From Azolla caroliniana (taxonomy: Eukaryota; Plantae; Polypodiophyta): a stretch of 64,000 nt of DNA. Each line of letters starts with the position of its first letter. The stretch's first letter is position 1. A program made the translations under genes and the position numbers. The notes beneath the pieces are model-generated. The model saw nothing but the letters and a program-made list of their open reading frames with translations. It did not search any database and was not told where the DNA came from. The DNA is taken from NCBI GenBank assembly GCA_043228905.1, contig JBHGNT010000015.1:9238001-9302000 (forward strand), written 5' to 3'. Below are positions 24,901-35,254 of this stretch, in pieces.

Positions 24901-26126
24901 GTCTTTTTCAAACATGAAGGTTGTGTCCCAGAGCCTTTGCATTTTACAGCTTCAAAAAAACCTTTCGTAACACGGTCTCCTACCCTCATCCAATTTACTG
25001 CTTTACTATGATAGGCATTAGTAGTCCTTAGTTTCTGATACATATCCAGTTTGCATTTTGCCTCCTCTAGTTGGGCCTCAATCCATACATTATTCAGGTA
25101 TTGTTCTCTTAGTCGCTGCATAGAAACGAGTGTCCATTGCATTCTTTGTAGTTTCTCCTTCATCTCCTTTCTAATTTCAATTGCTTTCTTCCGAAAGAAA
25201 CATGCACATACCTCAATTTTCCCAGCCAGCTTATGAGCGGGATCATGATACATCCATTTGACATTAGACCATAGTCTTCTTATATCATTAGTCCATTTAT
25301 TGTCCATGACCAACTCCTTGCTCACCTTCACATTATGTGGATTGCATCGACTGTTTTCTTTTATATGTAATAGGACAGGTGCATGGTCTGAGAACATCGT
25401 TCCAGGACAAATTATGCATTTGCCTCTCATATCTATGAGCCGAGGGTCCAAATACCATCTGTCCAACCTGGACATTGTCCTCCCATGAACGCTTCCTCCT
25501 ACTCTAGAGTATAGAAGAGATTTTTCTTTTTGCATCTGAAAGTTAGATGCATTCCAACAATCTATCACATTATATGCTAAACAAAACTTATCCCATGCAT
25601 CTTTTTCTGCCCCTTGCACCGTGCCATTTGCATTTCCGTTTCTATCTTCTTGTTGCTCCACCATATTAAAATCTCCTCCAATGATCCACAGATCTGCATC
25701 TGGTTTCTTGTCCAGTAGTTGCAACCAGAATTCCTTTCTTTCAGTAGTAGAATTTGGGGCATATATGTTTAGTATGCCCAAGTGCCCATATCTATGTTTT
25801 ATCCTTATATAGACAACCCGACCCTCTACTAAACATCCTCTGCCTGTGAATGGTGCATTATACTTAACTTTCATTGCTATGAGTACTCCCCCATGAATCT
25901 GTCTGTCCCCTGTAGCTGCCGACCATGTATTGGTCCAACTCCCAGGGCAGATGTTTCCAATTTTGTCGATCTTATCCCCATCTAGGTGATGCTCTTGCAC
26001 CATGATAACATCAGGCACTATTGCCTCAGTGCATCGCTGAATTTCAGCAGCTAATACATTCTTCTTCATGTGGAATTGGCTACCACCAATTCCTTGTATA
26101 TTCCATGTTAGCAAGCTAAGATTCAT
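21908..26126 (-). pseudogene. LINE ORF2 (APE endonuclease, reverse transcriptase, zf-RVT) with stops and frameshifts
   Basis: TWNIQG, VQEHH, GGDFN, SDH; LDFEKAYD, RQGCPLAP, YADD; pieces 23871-26126, 23367-23717, 22992-23351, 22372-23094, 21908-22417. Confidence 0.93.
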
Positions 26127-26127
26127 T

Positions 26128-27855
26128 TTAGCATATACCGTGCCTCTTTAGTGGCCCAACCAATGCATTTTCAGCTTCCACTAGGTTCGCAAAGATCATA
26201 TCTTGGAGATTATCCTCTTCTAGTGTCACCATTTCAAGGTGGTATACCATGAATTCCGTGATCATTCGAGGCAGCTTCCTAAATTTCACATTTATATAGC
26301 ATATGCCTTGCTCATTCGCCTTGCCCGAGCTCCATAGCATGGCATCTTTCCATTGTTTTTTCATTTTCACACTTATTGCGGTACCATATGTTGAATCTAC
26401 ATGAGCACCCATTTGTTGTTCCAACCATCTGAGTGCTTCTTCTCTGTTGTGGGGCTCCTTATTTCCCACGAACAACATATAGGACAGTCCAACGATTTGA
26501 TCTTCGTCCTCACAATGACTATAGATATTGATTCTATACATGCTGTCCTTCATCTCAACCCCACACATTTCCTTGAACCACTTTTTGCCTGTCAGTTTCA
26601 ATTTGATTTGTTGCCCAGTAGTCGATAGGGGGGTCACTTTGTATTGAGGATTCCATTTCACTCTTGACCATTTACGCATACCTTTATGTTTCTCCATCCC
26701 ATTCTCTTCCTCTTTTCTAGCACGCATGTGCCTTTTCATTTTTGCTATCCCCTTAATATGTTGGGTTGTCACTAGCGACTTATCTTGCTCTTTCAAGGGG
26801 CTTACATCCTTTTGATTTCTTATTTCTCCTGCCTCATCCATACATTCTTGATGCATCTGATTAGTTTCAAACACTAACACATTGTCTTCTTGCCGCAATG
26901 TCTGCATATCATTAATAACATTCACAAAGTTGCTCTCACAATGTGCCTGTGATCTTGCTTCCTTGTCATTAGCTATATTTTCATTGTCCTCTACGGTTAA
27001 GAGTTCATATTTGTTGCTAAGTGGAGGCCATTCTTGTCCGAGCATACTTTTTTGTTTTCCTTTATTATTCATATACTTCCATCCATCTTCATTCATCCGC
27101 ATTGCATGGTTTGTTCTCATATTTTTCTGTTGTGTCAAACTTGTTGGGCTTTTCCATCCATGCTTCCCATTTCTACGATGCATGATCTCCTTACCTCTAG
27201 GGAATTCTCGGGCCATATGCCCCATCTGTCTACATACAAAGCATTGCCTTGGAAGTCCGACATATTCCACTGGCTGTACATGGTCAGGCATTAGTTTGCT
27301 GCTTAGCACCATTGTTTGTGGTAAGGCCTTTACATCAGAGACAATTAATTTCATCCTCTACGTTTCACTTACTCTCTATGCAAATGTTTTTTCCAAACAT
27401 TGCCCTCCCATACTCTTCCCAATGGCTGGGAGAAAAGACTCCCATTGCTTAGGTAAACCAGGGAAAAAGGCTGTTATTACTGCTGGATTTCCTATACAAG
27501 CATTTGCTTTACACATGTCAAAATCTACATCCCATTTGAATACATATGCTCTTGCATTGTGCCATGTCAACGGACTGCTCTCGATAATTTTGCATATATT
27601 CGTATCAGGCATCACAGTAACATGGTAGAACCCCTTTCCCATAAATGTGATGTCCTTCATTCTTCCAAGGTTTTCTTGCAGGCAACTTTGCAACCAATCA
27701 CGCAACAACGGGCGATTTGGTCGACTACCCACCACTTTCACCACAAATGATTCCTGTCTAAGTCTTGCGATTTCAATCTCCATGATGCATTCTTCTTCCG
27801 GGGAGAGAATGAAGGCTCCCATAGCTTGCATTGAGTTATCACCTAGCCTATTCAT
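26128..27855 (-). pseudogene. LINE ORF1 with one internal disruption near 27376
   Basis: DUF4283-like region and LPRQCFVCRQMGHMAREF knuckle; stop lies 1 nt before the ORF2 ATG; true start may be further upstream. Confidence 0.88.
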
Positions 27856-29748
27856 CCCCTCTGTCCCCTGTTCTAGATCATCATCATAATCATTAGAGGT
27901 TCGATCCTCACATACGTGCGTCCCCTTGGTGGCAAGAGGATTTCGAGTTGCAGTTCATGGAGCCTCCACAGGTTCTTCAAGACGCTGGTTGATGCCCCCT
28001 CTACTGTCATCACTGCTGTCATCACCGCCATCACTGCGAGCTGCTGTTCGTGCAGCCTCCCGACGAGCTCCTAGTGTTGGTTGTATTTGTCCAACAATCT
28101 ACACCTTTCTTTCCAACCAAATTACCCAAGTTGCAAGACATTTACATGAAACACTATAATGTATGAAGAATCTAAAATAGATTTCATCACTAAATAATAT
28201 GGGAGGTTAACAAAGATCATATATACCAACTCTTTCCTCTCAATGATTTTATATTATTATCTTATTGAATTTGATTTCTAAAATTAAGTAAATATTGTTT
28301 CTAGTTGATTGGAACCTTATTGGTCACACAAACAATTTGGATGAGGATATTTTCCAATGGGATGCCACAAACATCACCTTAATGTTTTGATTATACATAA
28401 TAGGACTTTGGATCCAAGTAGGAATTCGTTAGACTATTAGTAATAATAGACCAACATTACTATTTATGGCATACATTTATTATGCCCTTATTTTATATCA
28501 CATTTGGGTAAACATCATAAAAGCAAAACAACTAAATTACATATCATATTTTGCACAATTAATAAGGTACGTCCATAGCTAACTATCCCCATTCCCATGT
28601 TTTCACCCATGTGTCTAATACTTAACTTGACATAGATAATGGATATAGATGATACATAGATTATGCATGCTCAATAGATCCCCACTCATTATCCTTGTAC
28701 TTGCCACCTTTGCTTACTCACTCACTCATGTAATGGTTATGCTACCCCAAATTTGGTGTATACTTGCTCCTTGCTCGTGCATGTGGTGATTTCTTAATCA
28801 CACAGGTAACTGTTGTTATTTTCCCACTTTTTGTCTCCTTGTTCTTTCTAGACATCTAGTTAGGATTTATTAATATAAAATTATGACGAGAATGACCCTC
28901 ATAAATCCTAAAGAAAAGCACATGGCTACTAGTAAACAACAAGTTGTAAGAAAAAATTGGTAGAATAAAAAGGAAATACCAAGAAATGTTAATGGCTAGA
29001 TACATCAAATAAAGATACTAAAGTATTGGTTGTGATGTAGATGCGAACAACATTAGTGAAAACGGAAGGCAACTAAAATTATAGAGAGAAGAATTGTGGA
29101 GTATTTCAATAGTGTGACAAAGCACATTGGTTATGAAGAGAAAAAGGTAATACTTAATTGAATATTAAGTGATTCATATATAAAAGATCTATTTGATATT
29201 GATGATCTAAATGGAAATGTAACAAATATAATAGTTAGTAATCTAAGAAAACTCTAATGGGATGAACAGTCTAAAGTTTATCTTATCCTCACAAGATCAA
29301 CCTCATGATGATACTAGATAATGATATTGATAAACTTAATATCAATATGCTACTAAGAAAATATTAACTTTAATGAATATAAAAAGCATCTATAATACAA
29401 TGTATCACTTAAGTTCGAGAGTTGAAGTGGTCTACTAAAGCTAACCACAAGATGTACACAAATGATGCCCATTATCATGGAGATCAAGGATATAATCACC
29501 AACTTTTGGATAATGCAAGTAGAGCATCATTGAATAAGAAGAATTATTGCTACAAACATTGTCGTGAAGATTTTCGACAACTATGAGAAAATCCACCGGA
29601 GGCAGGAAAAATGGGTATGTGCACATATAAAGGGGATTTATATACAAAACATTAAGAAAGATGAGGAAACAAAAAATAAATAAAAGGCTAAATAAAAAGT
29701 GCAAATAGGACAAGGAAATGTATATTATATTACGTACTTTAAGTCGCA

Positions 29749-30299
29749 TGTAGGGAGGGGAGAGTAACGAGTAGGTGAGGAGATCAGGCCAAATATCTCT
29801 CTGACAAGAGAGGAGGTTTTCATAACAGTTGGAATGTAATGTCGACCCCTCTCCTTGAGAAGCTATAAAAGGAAGGAATGACGTTTATTTTTGGTGCTAG
29901 TTGTTTTGGGGTTTTCCTAGTTGATAGGTTCTCTATCCTTCAGGTATTTTTGAGCTTGAACGCTCAAAGGGGTTTTGGAGTTTCTGTTCTGACCATGGCA
30001 CGAAGCCTCCACTCGCTGACGCGAGCTTGAGAGCTCCCCGACTGGAGATTCGCTAGTGGATATTCATTGTATCTTGGTTGTGGTTGTCCGGCTCGATGCC
30101 ACAATTGTAATCTGTTACTTGCCTCCTACTAATCTTAGTGGTTTGCTTCGGGATTGATCCTATGCCTGTGAGGTTGTCTCTGTGTGGTGTTTGATTTCTC
30201 TTCAAGTTGGTATAGTGTCATTTATCTTTGTTCATTCGTTCTTGTTGGCATAAAAGGCCAACTCCCTCCACTTTGTATCCTAGTGTGAACTCATCCACA
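29749..30299 (+). repeat. Possible LTR remnant
   Basis: TG...CA-bounded segment with CTATAAAAGG and an LTR-like T-rich downstream part; no TSD or partner LTR found. Confidence 0.35.
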
Positions 30300-30343
30300 T
30301 AGTTAGGGCTTAGTATATAAGCAATAACCTAACGTTGTTGTGA

Positions 30344-32314
30344 TGTGGCGTGCTCGAGAGTGGGAAAAACCGGCGAAAGGGGGGGCTAAAAAATGTGCAT
30401 GTGCAATGTGTGTGCACACAAAAACGATTAGTTGTGCATATGCAAAATAAAAGGGAAAAGAAAGGGTGGAAAGGATGCATAGAAGCCCATGCAAAAAGTA
30501 AGAGAGAAGAGAGATAAAATGTAGAGGAGAGACATGCTAAGAGTTTATAGAGATAGAATTATATATTATATAAGAGAGAGTTAGTGGGTTAGTGGATAGT
30601 CACATTGACTAGCTAGAGGTGCATGGTTCAAATCTAGTTTTACAGTGCAGCGTGATTTAAGGAATTTTATTCCTTTTTCATTGAAGACAAAATTGGCGAC
30701 CCCCCCTCCTTTTTTATCTATAAAAGGAGGTCGAGGGGGGCTCATTTGGGAGGAGGAGATTATCGCCAATTTTCCTTCGGAGCTCTTCATCTTCTTATTA
30801 ACCACTTCTCTTCATCTCATACCCCTTCATCCCCCATAGCCACATGGTCGTCTTCTTCATGTCAGCACTCAAAGTGCTCGTGAGCCCAAGCTTCGTTGGT
30901 TCGACGTTGCTCCGCCCCATTCGTCGTTGCGAGCCCGTGTGCTCGCCGTTCGGGTGGTCATGGTTCGTTGGGATTGGCATTTTTGTGGTGCTCGTGTGTT
31001 CATTTTCTCCGTGTTCGGATTTGCTCTTGTCTCTAAGTGCATTTAGTATTTATGTTTTGATTGAGCTTGTGGTTAACTATAAGTTGCCATTGTAATCAAA
31101 CCCTATTTTATAAAGGGTCCTATTGCGTTGGAATCGAACACGTTTTTATCTCTTTGGTCGATATCATTCATGTTTCTTTCTCTCCGTCTTTTTGTGTTTG
31201 TGTCTTCCTTGTACGTTCGGCTGTCTTGTGACGAGGGACCGTTTCGGGCTTGCCCATGCACCTCTCCTCCTCAAAAAGGCGTACGAGCATTTTGTGCGTG
31301 TGTTTGTGTCTTCCTTGTATGTTCGGCCGTCTTGTGATGAGGGATCGTTCGGGCTTGCCCATGCACCTCTCCTCCTCATAAAGGCGTACGAGCATTTTGT
31401 GCATGTGTTTGTGTCTTCATTGTACGTTCGGCCGTCTTGTGACGAGGAACTGTTTGGGCTTGCCCATGCACCTCTCCTCCTCATAAAGGCGTACAAGCAT
31501 TTGTGTGTGTGTTTGTGTCTTCCTTGTACGTTCGGCCATTTTGTGACGAGGGAGCGTTTCGGGCATGCCCATGCACCTCTCCTCCTCATAAAGACGTACG
31601 AGCATTTGTGTGTGTGTTTGTGTCTTCCTTGTACGTTCGGCCGTCTTGTGACGAGGGACCGTTTTGGGCTTGCCCATGCACCTCTCCTCCTCATAAAGGC
31701 GTACGAGCATTTTTTGTGCGTGTGTTTGTGTCTTCCTTGTACGTTTGGTCGTCTCGTGACGAGGGAGCATTCGGGCTTGCCCATGCACTTCTCATCCTCA
31801 TAAAGGCGTACGAGCATTTTGTGTGTGTGTTTGTGTCTTCCTTGTACGTTCGGCCGTCTTGTGACGAGGGAGCGTTTTGGGCGTGCCCATGCACCTCTCC
31901 TCCTCATAAAGGCGTACGAGCATTTGTGCGTGTGTTTTGTGTCTTCCTCATACGTTCGATGTCTTGTGACGAGGGAGCGTTCGGGCATGCCCATGCACCT
32001 CTCCTCCTCATAAGGACGTACGGGCATTTGTGTTTGTGTTATCATCCCCTTGTGCGTTCATCTTGCGTGCTCATCTTGCTTGTACCCGTTTGGTCACTTG
32101 GTTCGTGCGGTGATCTCGAAAGGTCGACGAGTTGTGATCAACGAGAGCCACCGACCTCACAAAACAAATGGCAACGAGACCTTGCTTGGGGAGGGGCCGG
32201 GAGGTAGTATTGTCGTAAATCAAAACTCGGGTCTTCTCTATCCCTTGAGTACTCCCTAGTCCAAGACCCCTGTGGTCCCGCCCAAGTAACACACGGGCGC
32301 GAAACTTTGCGACA
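30344..32314 (+). repeat. Element B 5' LTR (~2 kb; left boundary inferred)
   Basis: Ends TTTGCGACA before the PBS; TATA CTATAAAAGG at ~30718; starts at TGTGGCG. Confidence 0.7.
31191..32040. repeat. ~105-bp tandem array, ~8 copies, in element B LTR
   Basis: Unit TGTCTTCCTTGTACGTTCGGCCGTCTTGTGACGAGGG...GCCCATGCACCTCTCCTCCTCATAAAGGCGTACGAGCAT... Confidence 0.95.
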
Positions 32315-32319
32315 TAAAT

Positions 32320-32337
32320 TGGTGAACCCGACGTGAA
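32320..32337 (+). promoter_or_regulatory. PBS complementary to tRNA-Trp
   Basis: TGGTGAACCCGACGTGAA, the complement of the plant tRNA-Trp 3' end ...TTCACGTCGGGTTCA-CCA as I recall it. Confidence 0.85.
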
Positions 32338-32359
32338 AGGGAGGCAAGGGAGAACCAAG

Positions 32360-33355
32360 ATGCGAGGAGGAGAACTCGCTGAAGCGATGGAGGCGACGGT
32401 GGACCGCTTGGTAAATGCCCAAGAAGGCATCACCGGCCTAGACCGGGCCATAGAGATGGTGATCAGCACAATGGGTCGGTTCAATGGAAGAGATATCACG
32501 AGCTACTTGGATGCCTATAAGGCCGAAATGCTTATGCCAAACGTCCCTGAAGATAGGTGGCTAACCAGATTCGCTAGAGTGGTAACACCGAGTATCCACG
32601 CAGAGGTACTCAAGATCCAAGCGGACTGTTGCAATTGTGTGGAGTTCGAAGAAAGACTCCTCGAGAAGTACGACCTTGATGACTCACTCAGAATTTCGAA
32701 AAGGGATCTAATGGAGTGGGTTGAGCTTTCCTGCAAGGGGAGAAATACTATGGTACTTTTACAAGAATTTGAGAAGCGCTTCGCGCGACTCTCGGCTCTC
32801 GATAGGATGGTGCTTGACACAAGCAAGATCCTACTATTCATAAAGATTGTTGATGCATGAGACCAAGAGAAGGTGGGGTCCCTCCTCGAAACTGATGATG
32901 GGCTCATGACGGATTGGGCTATGGTAAAAAGGGTTTGTAGCCGCTTCGATAAGAGAAGGGAATGGAACGACGAGTCTCTGTTGAGCGGCCAAACATCCAT
33001 AGGCTCCATTAGTGAGACACACGAACCCAGGGGTGGTAGAATACCTCAAGAAAGAGAGCAAGCAAATGCAAGGTTCGTCTCCGAGAGAAACGTGGTTGAA
33101 GCACCTTCGGGAGGGTCGGCGATAGATGAACTCACAAAGATGGTGTGAGATCTCCAAATAGCGCAAGCTAGGAGAGAGAGTGGCAGCCCTCAAGATTGAC
33201 GTCCCCCGTTCGCGCAAAGATGTATGTGGTGCAACAACCCTGACCACTTACGAAGGGAGTGTGGAGACTTTCAAGAGGCCCTAAGAAAGGATATTGTCTA
33301 TCTTTGGAACAATAGGGTCTATTCGACGGAGACAAGGCGCCCCTTGGGATTGAAT
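32360..33355 (+). pseudogene. Element B gag, N-terminal part (stops)
   Basis: GRFNGRDITSYLDAYKAEM...; knuckle RCMWCNNPDHLRREC near 33220. Confidence 0.8.
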
Positions 33356-33792
33356 TGTTACCAATTAGGAACACGGTTTGCGGTCAGTCCTTCGACCTAG
33401 ACCTCCAAGTGATTGTGAAACAACGAATGAGGCGTCTATGCGTAATGCGTAGGGGAATGTTCCCCGCAACCTATCAGGGTATAAGGGAGACGACTACAAC
33501 CGACTCCTTAGCAATGGTTACACTCACGTTCTTACACGCTCAGGTATTCCAGACACACAGTAGATTAGCCGTAGCTATACATAGACTTTCAGAGAAGATA
33601 GAATTCTATTACGATACGCTTCTTTACATTCCAAAATACACGCCCCCTCTATCAAAGGTTTTTTGCCCTTTATATACGTAGGGTCTATTTAGCCGTTCAC
33701 GCTTCCTGCGTGAACCATTACATGCATTATGATCTTATATTATTTCTTATTCCTACGCTCTTGTCTGTTGGTTACTACTCCGACGGACAACA
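33356..33792 (-). repeat. Element C 3' LTR
   Basis: TGTTACC...GGACAACA; TATA CGTATATAAAGG on minus strand. Confidence 0.93.
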
Positions 33793-33794
33793 CC

Positions 33795-33834
33795 TGGCAC
33801 GCCTGTGGGACAGTGCCCTGGCACGTCGGACCCA
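33795..33834 (+). promoter_or_regulatory. Antisense bipartite tRNA-Arg binding site at the PPT position (element C)
   Basis: TGGCACGCCTGTGGGAC-agtgccctggcacg-TCGGACCCA, 2 nt inside the 3' LTR. Confidence 0.75.
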
Positions 33835-33839
33835 TCTCG

Positions 33840-34784
33840 TTAATCTTCTTCCAAAATGGCCTGGATGTTTGGCTCTACTACGGTGTCCGCATTCGGAGGC
33901 GACGTAGGGCTTGTAGGTGCATCGTGGTGTGGCTCCCTTGTTTGGTCGGAATGGTTTCTCCTGGTGTCGTAGTCGTCGTGTGTGGGCGGTCCGGGTACGG
34001 TGGGCTCTTCTTGAGCTAGTGGGTTGGGCTCCGCCGTCGTTGTGCTTGCGGTCGGCTGCGGCTCTGTCTCCATTGTTACTTCCTCCATGGTGTCGGCCGT
34101 CTTTGTACGTTCCGGGGAGTGCAGTTGTGATTCCGCCTGGCCTGCACCGTTCTCCGTGTGGTCCGACGATAGCGTGGGCTCTTGCGGATGGAGCTCCTCT
34201 TGGGTAGCGATTTCGCTGTCTGGTACTATGGGGGACTCCGCTCGTTGGTCCGCGCTGTTCACCGTCGTTGTAATTTCTTGTGATCTGGCCTAAGGTTCCT
34301 CTTCTTCGACTGTGCCCGTAATTGGCGTCGCGCTGGATTCCTCATTTGTTCGCGTGTTGCCGGCTTGTGTGATCTGGTGAAATAGCTCCTCCTAGCTTTC
34401 ATCAAAATCATCTAAGAGCTGCGCGAGTTCTTTGGAATGTTGGTCTGCTAGCGCACGATAGTCTTGCGCTAGGTCCTCGCGTATGGCCGCAATGCTCTCC
34501 TCATTTAGTTTATAGAAACCTCGGTCGCCTTTTCGCCGGTTCTCCCAGTCTGCGTGATACGTGTGCAATTCCGTTGCTTGGGTTGCCCACGCCATCCATC
34601 CTTTGTCCAACACCGTTTTCAATTCCGCTATGAACCTCTCCTGATTTGTTTGGAGAAGGATACGCACGTTGTCTGTGATGGCCTGGCAACGGTTGCGTGC
34701 GTCCTCCATCGACTTCTGGAGGTTTGCAATTTCTTGCTGCCTAACCGCCGCCGCTTCTTCGTACGTGGTCTTCAAGCCTGTCCA
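33840..34784 (-). pseudogene. Element C extra ORF, C-terminal part
   Basis: WMAWATQATELHTYHADWENRRKGD...IREDLAQDYRALADQ aligns with D's WTKWATNAAELQLLRADVENRRKEGD...IRDELAEDFQALADD. Confidence 0.8.
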
Positions 34785-35203
34785 TGTTACCGGCCGGCAA
34801 GGAGTCCAAAATACGGAGTGAAGGAATTAATTAAATATGGTTGTAAATGAGCATAGTGTGGACGGACGGACTGGAAACGGTATGCCGTTCCAGATCCGGA
34901 CGGATCCCGAATAGGTGCGATAGGCACCGTTTTGTACTACGGGCCGGAAACCTATTTAAAGGCCCGGACCCCATTGTAATCGGAGCGGATAATTAATAGA
35001 GCTTATGATGTTTATACTTCTGTCTTGATTTCCGTTCTGTAATTACTGTTATATCTTACGCGTGTAATTAACCAAAGCAATCTAATCGTGTAACCTACGT
35101 AAGTCGGTGTAGTCGTTGAATCTTAATCCTATGCCGTAATCACCCTTTGGTGAAGTGTCTCCGTGACACCTTGTGTTAGGCCTTGTCCGGTCAGAGAATA
35201 ACA
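34785..35203 (+). repeat. Element D 5' LTR
   Basis: TGTTACCGG...GAATAACA; TATA CCTATTTAAA near 34951. Confidence 0.97.
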
Positions 35204-35209
35204 CAGTTT

Positions 35210-35219
35210 TGGCAACCAC
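35210..35219 (+). promoter_or_regulatory. Element D PBS (tRNA-Arg UCG type, one mismatch)
   Basis: TGGCAACCAC 6 nt after the 5' LTR; compare TGGCGACCAC in A. Confidence 0.65.
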
Positions 35220-35254
35220 GATTCCTGCTTTCTCGCAGCGAACGACGGTAATGG

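Larger units (their letters stand above)
21719..28168 (-). mobile_element. Full-length L1-type LINE, inactivated
   Basis: Poly(A) tail (T-run 21719-21732), 12-bp TSD AATCTAAAATAG (21707-21718 / 28169-28180), ORF1 plus ORF2. Confidence 0.95.

Noticed and set aside
28181-29740. AT-rich region possibly derived from an old DNA transposon
   Set aside because: No TIR, TSD or convincing protein motif found
31123-32207. Several 200-290-aa repetitive ORFs
   Set aside because: Translations of the 105-bp LTR tandem array
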